Positions 1 through 8,192 of a DNA stretch of 60,751 bases are shown here, one piece after another (the stretch's first letter is position 1; every line of letters begins with the position of its first letter). The notes beneath the pieces are model-generated. The model searched no databases. It was not told the origin of the DNA and was given only the letters and a program-made list of their open reading frames with translations. The position numbers were made by a program, and so were the translations under genes. Source of the DNA: Pseudolabrys sp. Lineage in GTDB: Bacteria; Pseudomonadota; Alphaproteobacteria; Rhizobiales; Xanthobacteraceae. The DNA lies in contig DATFVF010000083.1 of NCBI GenBank assembly GCA_035260465.1, positions 1 through 60,751 on the forward strand. The letters run 5' to 3'.

Positions 1-191
1 ACCGCATCCAGGCGGCTTTCGCCGCCCTTCGTCCACGCCGCGTCCAGCCATTGAAGGCAGCCCCACGTAGTTGGAGCGGACGGCGACCCGGGGCCTCCCG
101 GAGGCGTGGCTGCGAAACCACGCCCGCGGGCGCCGCATCCGATCCCACCCTTCATGACGCCTCATGAGAGCGCCCTCTGGTGGATCGAACG
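1..191 (-). ncRNA. Candidate structured non-coding RNA or structured repeat (5' part only, truncated by window start)
   Basis: No ORF. On the minus strand there are stacked hairpins: outer stem 140-149/179-187, TCATGA-GGCG-TCATGA (152-167), GGCGTGG/CCACGCC (103-124), GGCGGC-GAAA-GCCGCC (11-26, GNRA loop). It lies directly downstream of a sigma70-like promoter. Confidence 0.45.
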
Positions 192-197
192 AATAGG

Positions 198-225
198 ATT
201 ATAGTCGTGCTAGGATTAAAGTCAA
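198..225 (-). promoter_or_regulatory. Near-consensus sigma70 promoter TTGACT-N16-TATAAT, overlapped by a 13-bp direct repeat
   Basis: Minus strand reads TTGACT (225-220), 16 nt, TATAAT (203-198). Plus strand has TAGGATTATAGTC (194-206) and TAGGATTAAAGTC (211-223). Confidence 0.65.
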
Positions 226-239
226 GACGCATTTTCTGC

Positions 240-368
240 GTCGTCCCGGGCGAGCGTCAGCGAGGCCCGGGATCCATACGCCGCAGCCTATCGATGGGTC
301 GCGGCGTATGGGTCCCCGCTGGAGCCTGCACTCAGGCCGGCGAAGCCGGACCCGGGTGCGGGGACGAC
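240..368. repeat. REP-like palindromic element with GTCGTCCC/GGGACGAC ends and nested hairpins
   Basis: Terminal inverted repeat 240-247/361-368, internal stem CCATACGCCGC...GCGGCGTATGG, nested CCGGC-GAA-GCCGG hairpin. Confidence 0.8.
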
Positions 369-383
369 AGTAGAGCTGCGCGG

Positions 384-457
384 CTCCTCAGCATGAGGCG
401 GGATGAGATATGCCCGCTGGAGCCTGTCCCCGCGCAGGCGGGGACGGGAATGAGCGG
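384..457. repeat. Fragments of two further REP-like families (CTCCTCAGCATGAGG arm; GGGAATGAGCGG arm)
   Basis: GGGAATGAGCGG (446-457) is the reverse complement of CCGCTCATTCCC at 11089. CCCGCTGGAGCCTG is shared with the element at 240-368. Confidence 0.65.
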
Positions 458-490
458 AGTATGTTGCGAGCTCTCAGCCAGGCCGGATCT

Positions 491-1258
491 CTATTTCAAT
501 CCCGTGCCCCAGCGCCGATGCAGAAATCGCTCGCAGGGCGAAAATAGCGCCTTGTCCGCGACAAGGCCGATCACCACGATCACCACCATCACGCCGATCA
601 CCTGATCCATGGCGCTCAATTCACGGCCGTATTGAAGCATATGGCCAAGGCCGAAGCCGGTAAGAATGGTGACAAATATCTCCGCCGCCATGAGTGAGCG
701 CCAGGCGAAGGCCCAGCCCTGTTTCATGCCACTGATCACGAACGGCAGCGACGCCGGCAGGATCACCCTTGTCCACTTATCGAATCCTTCCGACCCCATT
801 GTGCGCGCGGCCCGGGCATAGATCGGAGGAATTGTGCGCGCACCGGTATCAGTGGCGATCACCACGGACCAAACCGTCCCCATCACGACGACGAACAACA
901 TGGCGGCCTCGGTCTGGCCGAACCAGAGCAGCGCAAGCGGAACCCAGCACACGCTCGGCAAGGTCTGCAGCCCGAGTGCCAATGCGCCGATCGTGTCCTC
1001 AAAATAATCGGACGTGCTGGTCAGGAGACCGAGCGGCAGCCCGATAATGACACCAATCGCATAGCCGACGAGCAGCCGCCTGAGAGTCACTTCGACCGCT
1101 TCGGTGAGCGAACCATCTCGCAGCGCGCCCCATAAATATTCGCAAACCATTGCGGGCGAAGGCAGCAAAACAGGTGACCACCGCCCACTCAGAGTTGCCA
1201 GCTGCCAGAGCCCGAGCAGCAGCAGGAAAAATGTAACAACAACAAGTGTGCGCCTCAT
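491..1258 (-). CDS. NitT/TauT family ABC transporter permease (SsuC-like)
   Basis: Hydrophobic 255 aa protein, EAA-like loop (RAARTMG...ILPASLP), WRSLMAAE motif, ATGA overlap with the ATPase gene. Confidence 0.92.
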   Translation of the reverse strand: MRRTLVVVTFFLLLLGLWQLATLSGRWSPVLLPSPAMVCEYLWGALRDGSLTEAVEVTLRRLLVGYAIGVIIGLPLGLLTSTSDYFEDTIGALALGLQTLPSVCWVPLALLWFGQTEAAMLFVVVMGTVWSVVIATDTGARTIPPIYARAARTMGSEGFDKWTRVILPASLPFVISGMKQGWAFAWRSLMAAEIFVTILTGFGLGHMLQYGRELSAMDQVIGVMVVIVVIGLVADKALFSPCERFLHRRWGTGLK

Positions 1259-2067
1259 TCGGCCGCCTCGTGTGTCTCACTGAGGTAGCCCTTCAGGGCC
1301 GCCATGATCCGCTGGGCAATATGAGCGAGCTCGGGGCTGTTGATGTCGCGCGGGCGCGGTAGCGGGACACGGAATTCCTCGCGGATTCTACCCGGGCTCG
1401 GCGACAGGAGGAGAACCCTGTCGGCGAAACACACTGCTTCGCGCACGTCGTGGGTGACGAGCACGATCGTCTTGCGCCGCCTCTGCCAGATGTCCTGAAT
1501 ATCGTAACAGAGTTGCTCGCGCGTGATCGCGTCGAGTGCCGACAGCGGCTCGTCCATCAGCAGCACACGCGGATCCGGCGCCAGCGACCGTGCCAGCGCT
1601 ACGCGCTGCTTCATGCCCCCCGACAGTTCGTGCACGTAAGCTTTTTTGTATTTCTCCAGACCAACCAGCGCGAGATGATATTCGGCGATCGCGCGGCGTT
1701 GCCGATTGCTCAACTCAGGCTTGCGATGCAAGCCGAACATGACGTTGCCGAATACATTGAGCCAGGGAAACAGCGCCGATTCCTGGAACATCACCAGCCG
1801 GTGTCGCCCCGGTCCGTCCACCAGTTGACCGTCAGCCAGCACACGGCCTTCGTCGGGAGTTGTGAGCCCGGCAATAATGTCCAGAAGCGTCGATTTACCG
1901 CACCCGCTCGGCCCGACCAGACAGACGAATTCACCGCCCGCAACACGAAAACTCATATCGTCAATTGCGTGGGTTGTCGCACGGTCGGTGCGAAACCACT
2001 TGTCGATGCCCTCGACCACGAGCTCGGCCGGAGGCGATGCCCGTGGCTCGGCGTCGTTGGCGATCAT
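1255..2067 (-). CDS. NitT/TauT family ABC transporter ATP-binding protein (SsuB/TauB-like)
   Basis: Walker A GPSGCGKS, signature LSGGMKQR, Walker B LLMDEP, VTHD. Start placed at the ATGA overlap with the upstream gene. Confidence 0.93.
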   Translation of the reverse strand: MIANDAEPRASPPAELVVEGIDKWFRTDRATTHAIDDMSFRVAGGEFVCLVGPSGCGKSTLLDIIAGLTTPDEGRVLADGQLVDGPGRHRLVMFQESALFPWLNVFGNVMFGLHRKPELSNRQRRAIAEYHLALVGLEKYKKAYVHELSGGMKQRVALARSLAPDPRVLLMDEPLSALDAITREQLCYDIQDIWQRRRKTIVLVTHDVREAVCFADRVLLLSPSPGRIREEFRVPLPRPRDINSPELAHIAQRIMAALKGYLSETHEAAE

Positions 2068-3059
2068 GGGTTGGCAACGAGTTGGGAAATGTCCGGCGCG
2101 CCGCGCAGGAAGCCCACGGACTGGGCACTCGTCATGAATTCCTTGAGAGCATCGAGCGTTACATCGCCGGTCACGACGATCCGGCGCCACGCCTTGGCGA
2201 TGAGTTCGGGCGAGAACTTTGTGTGCATCTCCTCGTCCAACTCCTCCCGAGCCATCCGCTCTGCCTCAGCCGGATTCTTCAGGATCCAATTGGTCAATTC
2301 CCGATGTGCATCGATCAATTTACGCACCAAGCCCTGCTGGGTTGCAAGCAGGTCGGCCCGGGCGACCAGGACGGTGGTAATCGCCTGCCGATCATCGATG
2401 AGAACTTCGCCGCCCGCCTCTAGTTCCAGGCGCGATACCCAAGGCTCGACCGTCCACACCGCGTCGATCTGGTTTTGCTTGAATAGCAATAACTGATCGG
2501 GGTTGGCGGTCGGTAGAACCTGCGCATCGCCGCCTGCCTGCGTAATTTTCAGGCCGCCCGCCGAAAGCCACGCACGTGCCGCGACATCTTGAGTATTGCC
2601 GAACTGCGGCGTGGCGATTTTTTTGCCGCGGAAATCGGCGGCTGTTTTAAGCGGCGAGCCCTTGTGTACAACCAGCGCGGAGCCCCCGTTGACCGAGCCC
2701 GCTATGATGCGGACTTCCTTTCCGCCTGAGCGCACATAGGCATTGATCGCCGGGTTCGGCCCGACATAAGTGAGGTCGATCGATTTTGCGAAAATCGCTT
2801 CCATCGCGCTCGGGCCGGCGTTGTAGACGTACCATTCAATCTTGATCTCCGGTCCAAGGCGCTGCTCGAACCAGCCTTTTCCCTGGCGCGACATGTTGTG
2901 TGCGACCAGAGCTTGAACATGCGTAATGTTGGGAAAATGACCGATTCGGAGTGTCGTTTGCGCCAGCGATTGCGTTGCCCCCGTTAGCGGCGCCAACACG
3001 CACAGCGTTGCGAGCGCCGCACGTATCCGTATGAAGTCGCACATTGCCTTTGCATCCAT
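2064..3059 (-). CDS. NitT/TauT family ABC substrate-binding protein (SsuA-like)
   Basis: Signal peptide, GHFPNITH, NAGPSAMEA, ATPQFGNTQD and VEPW motifs. First gene of the ABC operon. Start uncertain (3059 or 3044). Confidence 0.88.
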   Translation of the reverse strand: MDAKAMCDFIRIRAALATLCVLAPLTGATQSLAQTTLRIGHFPNITHVQALVAHNMSRQGKGWFEQRLGPEIKIEWYVYNAGPSAMEAIFAKSIDLTYVGPNPAINAYVRSGGKEVRIIAGSVNGGSALVVHKGSPLKTAADFRGKKIATPQFGNTQDVAARAWLSAGGLKITQAGGDAQVLPTANPDQLLLFKQNQIDAVWTVEPWVSRLELEAGGEVLIDDRQAITTVLVARADLLATQQGLVRKLIDAHRELTNWILKNPAEAERMAREELDEEMHTKFSPELIAKAWRRIVVTGDVTLDALKEFMTSAQSVGFLRGAPDISQLVANP

Positions 3060-3184
3060 CCTTATTTCGTTTCGTGACCTTTGCAAAAAAGTTTCGAAAT
3101 CCTATTCGCGCACCGACGTTTAACAAGGCGGCAACTCACTCTTTAAGTCTATTACCAAAGAAGGTTCCAGCCAAACAAACTGAC

Positions 3185-3277
3185 CGAATAGAAATTGGTT
3201 CTCTTCGATGTGGCTATTCGGAATGCAATGTTGACCGTAGAAAAATTTAGCAACGGCGCCTTCATTCATAGAATGAA
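3185..3277. promoter_or_regulatory. Palindromic operator candidates in the AT-rich divergent ABC/cysD region
   Basis: CGAATAGAA-N5-TTCTCTTCG (3185-3207, 8/9 palindromic) and perfect TTCATTC-ATA-GAATGAA (3261-3277). Confidence 0.4.
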
Positions 3278-3465
3278 CCGCCAAAACGACATTCAAATTT
3301 GGAATTCCAAAGGATCGAGCCGCGCCATATCTACGGTAGGCAGGTCATTCGCCGCCTACTTTAACAGGCCGCACTTTCCGAAAGTACCGATGCGACTTAA
3401 AGCAACGATAGAAATTTTTGCCTTTGTCACATCCGGCCGTCTCGTGCGCTTACGGAGTGACATCG

Positions 3466-4260
3466 ATGGATCGTTTGGATGAGCTCGAAGCACAGAGCAT
3501 TTTCATCATGCGCGAGGCTTTCGCGCGCCTGAAGTCCATCGCTCTCCTCTGGTCGCTCGGAAAAGATTCCAATGTCATGATCTGGCTCGCGCGGAAGGCC
3601 TTTTTCGGGCGCGTGCCTTTTCCAGCCATGCATGTCGACACTGGCAAGAAATTTCCCGAGATGTATGCCTTTCGCGACCGCTATGTGCGGGAGTGGCAAC
3701 TCAATCTTTTGATCGAGCACTGCCCTCCCGTCGAAACCATCGATCCGACGCTGCCGCCCGCCGCCCGGTCTGCGGCACGCAAGACCGAAGGGCTCAAGCT
3801 TGCCTTGGCCAAGCACGGCTTCGACGGATTGATCGCCGGCATCCGCCGCGATGAAGAGCCCACGCGCGCCAAAGAGCGCGTGTTTTCCCCGCGTGGCGCC
3901 GAAGGTTTATGGGATGTGCGCGATCAGCCACCGGAATTCTGGAACCACTTCAACGCCGCGCCGCTGCCCGGCGCGCATCTGCGCGTGCACCCGATCCTGC
4001 ATTGGACCGAAGCCGACATTTGGGCTTACACGCGACGTGAATCGATTCCGATCATCCCGCTTTATCTGGCGCGGCACGGCAAACGCTACCGCTCGCTCGG
4101 CGATACAGACATTACGTTTCCGGTCGCTTCCAATGCGCAGACCATCGACCAAATCATCGCAGAACTGAATACGACCCGGATTCCGGAGCGATCGGGCCGG
4201 TCGATGGACCATGAGTCCGAGGATGCGTTCGAGCGCCTGCGCACGGCCGGTTATTTGTGA
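3466..4260 (+). CDS. cysD: Sulfate adenylyltransferase subunit 2
   Basis: WSLGKDS PP-loop, HVDTGKKFPEMY, GIRRDEE-x-x-RAKER, RYRSLG, C-terminal GYL. GGAG RBS before ATG 3466. Confidence 0.95.
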   Translation: MDRLDELEAQSIFIMREAFARLKSIALLWSLGKDSNVMIWLARKAFFGRVPFPAMHVDTGKKFPEMYAFRDRYVREWQLNLLIEHCPPVETIDPTLPPAARSAARKTEGLKLALAKHGFDGLIAGIRRDEEPTRAKERVFSPRGAEGLWDVRDQPPEFWNHFNAAPLPGAHLRVHPILHWTEADIWAYTRRESIPIIPLYLARHGKRYRSLGDTDITFPVASNAQTIDQIIAELNTTRIPERSGRSMDHESEDAFERLRTAGYL

Positions 4261-4300
4261 TGCGCAACGCTTCTTCCCCCACCAGTGAGTGTGATGTGCC

Positions 4301-6376
4301 ATGAACGTTGTTGTCCATGATGAGACCCATATCGTATCGGCCTTGCCCGAGCGCGACTCCATCCGCGTCGTGATTGTCGGCCATGTCGACCACGGCAAAT
4401 CGACTCTCATCGGCCGGCTGCTCCACGAGACCGGCAGTTTGGCCGCGGGAAAGTTCGAAGCGCTGAAGGCCGTCGCCGCGCGTCGCGGCGTGCCGTTCGA
4501 GTGGTCCTTCCTGCTCGATGCCCTGCAAACCGAACGTGACCAAGGCATCACCATCGACACCAGCCAAATTCGCTTCCGAACGCCGTCTCGCGACATTCTG
4601 CTGATCGATGCCCCGGGTCATGCGGAGTTTCTCCGCAATATGATCACCGGAGCCGCGCAGGCCGACGCGGCCCTTCTCATTGTGGATGCCGTCGAAGGTA
4701 TTCGCGACCAGACCCGCCGCCACGCTTACATGCTGCAGCTCCTTGGCATTCGTCAGGTTGCGGTCATCATCAATAAAATGGACCGCATCGATTTCGATCC
4801 GGAACGCTTCAAATCGCTCAGGACTGACGTTCTTTCCTATTTGACCGATCTCGGCCTGAACCCGACGTCGGTCGTTCCGATTTCTGCACGGCTTGGCGAT
4901 GGCGTTTCGCGGCGCACGGGGTCACTCGCATGGCATAACGGCCCGACCGTGCTCGAAGCACTGGACGAATTTCGAGCGATGCATGCGGCGGCCGGACTGC
5001 CATTCAGGATGCCTGTCCAGGCGATCTACAAGGTCGACGACCGCCGCATTGTCGCGGGACGCGTCGAAAGTGGCGTGATCGCGATTGGAGATCCGATCGC
5101 AATCGCGCCGGGCGGAAAGTTGGCGCGCGTCAAGACAATTGAGCGTTGGCCAGCATACGAAAAACGGGGGGCGCCTCGGGAAGCGATTGCAGGCCAGTCG
5201 ATCGGCATCACGCTCGATCAGGAGATCTTCATTGATCGCGGAGACCTTGTTGCATCGCTATCGACACCGCCGGCATACGGAAATCGGCTCCGTGCGCGTG
5301 TCTTCTGGCTGGCGAAGACAGCGCTCGAAGTCGGCACTGATCTCATCGCGCGGGTCGGAACGGCGCACAGCCGCGGAACGGTGAGCGCCATCATCAATGG
5401 TGTCGATCCCGGCAGCCTGACGCATACGGGCGGCAATGTTATCGGTCAAAACCATGTTGGCGAGGTCGAGATCATGCTCTCGCAGCCGCTCGCGGGCGAT
5501 CCCTACACGACCAATCCAGCAGTCGGCCGCGTGGTCATCGAGTTCGACGGCCGCATCGCGGGCGGCGGGCTTATCTTGTCGCTGGATCATTATGCTCCGG
5601 TTGCAAACGCCCGGCCGGCCCATCGGACGACAGGTGCGCAGCCACAGCAGAATCGGGCGTCTGAAGCGGAGCGAGGCGCCTTGGCGGCACAGGCCAAACG
5701 ACTTGCGCCGATCATGCGTGATTTGCCGGCAGTGGAGAGGCTCAAGCGGCTTCGTGCGGAAATCTCCGGACGGATTGTCTTCACGACGAGCTTCGGGCTG
5801 GAAGATCAGGTCATCGTTCAGATGCTCTGCGAGAACGACATCGACGTCGATTTGGCGACGCTCGACACGGGACGCCTGTTTCCCCAAACCTATGATTTGT
5901 GGGCCGAGACCGAGAGGCGTTTCGGACGCCGAGTCCAGGCCTTTTTCCCTCGGCATGACGATATCGCCGCGTTCGTCGAGCGACACGGTATAAACGGCTT
6001 CTATGAATCGCGCGAGGCACGGCTTGGCTGCTGTTATGTCCGCAAGGTCGAGCCGCTTGATCGCGCGCTCGCTGGTGCGCAGGCTTGGATCACAGGGCTG
6101 CGGTCCGAGCAGTCGGCGGGGCGACGCGACATGATGGTCGTCGGCGTCGACACCGCCCATGGCGTGATCAAACTTAATCCGCTTTTCGATTGGACCCGCG
6201 AAACGGTGCAAAATTTCGCCGCTGCGCAAAATACTCCCATCAATCCGCTGCACGCCGCGGGATTTGCCTCGATTGGCTGCGCACCGTGCACGCGCGCGAT
6301 TGCGCCGGGAGAGCCAGAACGCGCCGGCCGATGGTGGTGGGAAGACTCAAAGAAAGAGTGCGGGTTGCATCGATAG
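4301..6376 (+). CDS. cysN: Fusion: sulfate adenylyltransferase subunit 1 (CysN GTPase) + APS reductase (CysH)
   Basis: N-terminal [26 protein letters not shown] and EF-Tu-like beta-barrels. C-terminal [45 protein letters not shown] and ECGLH. Single uninterrupted 691 aa frame. Confidence 0.92.
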   Translation: MNVVVHDETHIVSALPERDSIRVVIVGHVDHGKSTLIGRLLHETGSLAAGKFEALKAVAARRGVPFEWSFLLDALQTERDQGITIDTSQIRFRTPSRDILLIDAPGHAEFLRNMITGAAQADAALLIVDAVEGIRDQTRRHAYMLQLLGIRQVAVIINKMDRIDFDPERFKSLRTDVLSYLTDLGLNPTSVVPISARLGDGVSRRTGSLAWHNGPTVLEALDEFRAMHAAAGLPFRMPVQAIYKVDDRRIVAGRVESGVIAIGDPIAIAPGGKLARVKTIERWPAYEKRGAPREAIAGQSIGITLDQEIFIDRGDLVASLSTPPAYGNRLRARVFWLAKTALEVGTDLIARVGTAHSRGTVSAIINGVDPGSLTHTGGNVIGQNHVGEVEIMLSQPLAGDPYTTNPAVGRVVIEFDGRIAGGGLILSLDHYAPVANARPAHRTTGAQPQQNRASEAERGALAAQAKRLAPIMRDLPAVERLKRLRAEISGRIVFTTSFGLEDQVIVQMLCENDIDVDLATLDTGRLFPQTYDLWAETERRFGRRVQAFFPRHDDIAAFVERHGINGFYESREARLGCCYVRKVEPLDRALAGAQAWITGLRSEQSAGRRDMMVVGVDTAHGVIKLNPLFDWTRETVQNFAAAQNTPINPLHAAGFASIGCAPCTRAIAPGEPERAGRWWWEDSKKECGLHR

Positions 6377-6389
6377 TCTGCGGGCAAAA

Positions 6390-6422
6390 ACAAAAACCCC
6401 GCCGCGTGCGGCGGGGTTTTGT
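6390..6422. terminator. Bidirectional intrinsic terminator between convergent cysN-cysH and HU genes
   Basis: AAAACCCCGCCGC-GT-GCGGCGGGGTTTT, with A and T tracts on both sides. Confidence 0.88.
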
Positions 6423-6441
6423 AAAAACGGAACCGGGGCGA

Positions 6442-6753
6442 TCAGATCGCCATCTTCAGATCCTTGGAGGCCCGGAATGCAACTTTCTTGCTGGCCTTGA
6501 TCTTGATCGCCTCGCCAGTCATCGGATTGCGGCCCATACGGGCGGCGCGGTTGCGCACCAGCAGAATGCCGAGGCCGGAAATCTTCACCCGCTCGCCCTT
6601 CTTCAGGTGCTTGGTGATCATGCCGATGAGTTGTTCCATCATTTCCAAGCCCTGCTTCTTGGTAAGCTGATGCTGTTCCGAGAGCGCAGCGGCCAGGTGC
6701 TTGGTGGTGACCGGTTTGCCGGCTTTCGGCTTGGATGAAGCGGCGACTGCCAT
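6442..6753 (-). CDS. HU family DNA-binding protein
   Basis: GERVKISGLG, RAARMGRNPMTGEAIKIKASKKVAFRASKDLK. GGAG RBS. Confidence 0.93.
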   Translation of the reverse strand: MAVAASSKPKAGKPVTTKHLAAALSEQHQLTKKQGLEMMEQLIGMITKHLKKGERVKISGLGILLVRNRAARMGRNPMTGEAIKIKASKKVAFRASKDLKMAI

Positions 6754-6950
6754 TTGAAAATGCTCCTTGGGCGCGCACCATGCGCGAATCGTTAAAGCAG
6801 TAAGAGATTCTTTTAGAGGCGCATAGCTGCGAGCGGCCCGGCCACAGGCTTAACCACAGAAAGCTCAAGGCCCGGGATGCACCAATCGGCCCCACCAAAG
6901 ATCCGGGCCCGTTGCCGCTTGTGCGCGTTTCGTCTATTGAGGGCTTACAC

Positions 6951-7027
6951 GCGCCCGTAGCTCAGCTGGATAGAGCGTTGCCCTCCGAAGGCAAAGGTCG
7001 GACGTTCGAATCGTCTCGGGCGCGCCA
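6951..7027 (+). tRNA. tRNA-Arg (anticodon CCG)
   Basis: Acceptor GCGCCCG/CGGGCGC, D-arm AGCTCAGCTGGATAGAGC, anticodon arm TTGCC-CTCCGAA-GGCAA, GTTCGAATC T-loop, encoded CCA. Confidence 0.97.
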
Positions 7028-7094
7028 GCATCTCGCGACCGATCGGCACCGGGCCGGTCAAATCCTCGCCGTCACAAATGCGCCGGCCGAGTTT

Positions 7095-7592
7095 TCACTC
7101 GGCGTCCGCGTGCGCCAGGTCGCGCGGCGCCGACAGGCGTCGAGGTTGCGGCACATAGTACGTGCCGAGCTTTACCATCGGCCGCGGCTTGCACACGATC
7201 GACATCAGGCGGTCGCATAAGGCCTTGGGCGACGTCGGCTTGAGCAAAAACTCGTTGGCGCCGGCACGTAGCGCCTCGTTCACCTGAGCGCGTTGCGCGC
7301 GCGTGGTCAGCATGATGACCGGCAAATTTGGACGCGGAAACACCCCGGGCGAACGCACGATGCGCAGCACCTCGATGCCGTTGAGCACCGGCATGTCCCA
7401 ATCGAGCAGCATGACGTCGGGATCGCAGGTACGGATCGCTTCCAGCGCAGCCAGGCCGTCGGGAGCCTCGAGCACCGACTTGGCGCCGAGGTTCGTCAAC
7501 ATCGTGCGTGTGAGCCGGCGCATAAAGGCGTTGTCATCGACGATCAGGATATTAAGCCCCTGAAGCATCTTTTCGATTTGCGTATTGGCCAT
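7095..7592 (-). CDS. Single-domain CheY-like response regulator with C-terminal tail
   Basis: ILIVDD, LLDWDMP, IMLT and LLKP receiver motifs, no output domain. Confidence 0.9.
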   Translation of the reverse strand: MANTQIEKMLQGLNILIVDDNAFMRRLTRTMLTNLGAKSVLEAPDGLAALEAIRTCDPDVMLLDWDMPVLNGIEVLRIVRSPGVFPRPNLPVIMLTTRAQRAQVNEALRAGANEFLLKPTSPKALCDRLMSIVCKPRPMVKLGTYYVPQPRRLSAPRDLAHADAE

Positions 7593-7787
7593 GAAAACCG
7601 CGGAAACCTTTGCGCCCAATTACGCGCAATCTAGATCGAAGTGTCTGTAGTTTTGTTGAGACGATCGTTCAACTTTTCGCAATTTGGCTGGCGAGCCCGG
7701 AAAATGGCGCTTAACTAGACCGCGACGGCCGCACCGGTGACGGCGCCATATACCGAATGTTATCTATAACGCAGCGAGGCGAGCACA

Positions 7788-8147
7788 ATGAAACTTCCGG
7801 GCCCCGACCATCCCATCAGCATTGCCAAGAATGAAAAGCGGGTGCGCGTTACCTTCGCGGGCCGCGTGGTCGCCGACACGACGCGCGCGCTCACACTGCA
7901 GGAAGCGAGTTACAGACCCGTGCTTTATATTCCGCGCGCCGACGCGGACATGAGCTTGCTCACGCCGAGCAACCATAGCACGCATTGTCCCTACAAAGGC
8001 GACGCCAGCTATTTCAGCATCGCCGCCGATGGCCGCAGCTCGCAGAACGCCGTGTGGAGCTACGAGCAGCCCTTCCCTGCCATGACGGAGATCAAGGACC
8101 ATCTCGCCTTTTATCCAGACCGTGTCGACGCAATCGAGGAGGGGTGA
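7788..8147 (+). CDS. DUF427 domain protein
   Basis: THCPYKGDASYFS, NAVWSYEQP and HLAFYP motifs. Confidence 0.9.
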   Translation: MKLPGPDHPISIAKNEKRVRVTFAGRVVADTTRALTLQEASYRPVLYIPRADADMSLLTPSNHSTHCPYKGDASYFSIAADGRSSQNAVWSYEQPFPAMTEIKDHLAFYPDRVDAIEEG

Positions 8148-8192
8148 CGGCGCGATCGATGAACGCTCATTGCCGCGCCGGCGGGATAACGC

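Noticed and set aside
180-605. 141-aa plus-strand ORF
   Set aside because: It is a translation of stacked palindromic repeats and the antisense of the permease gene.
6951-7100. tRNA-Arg as an integration site for an island
   Set aside because: No integrase nearby, and I found no duplicated tRNA 3' end in the window.
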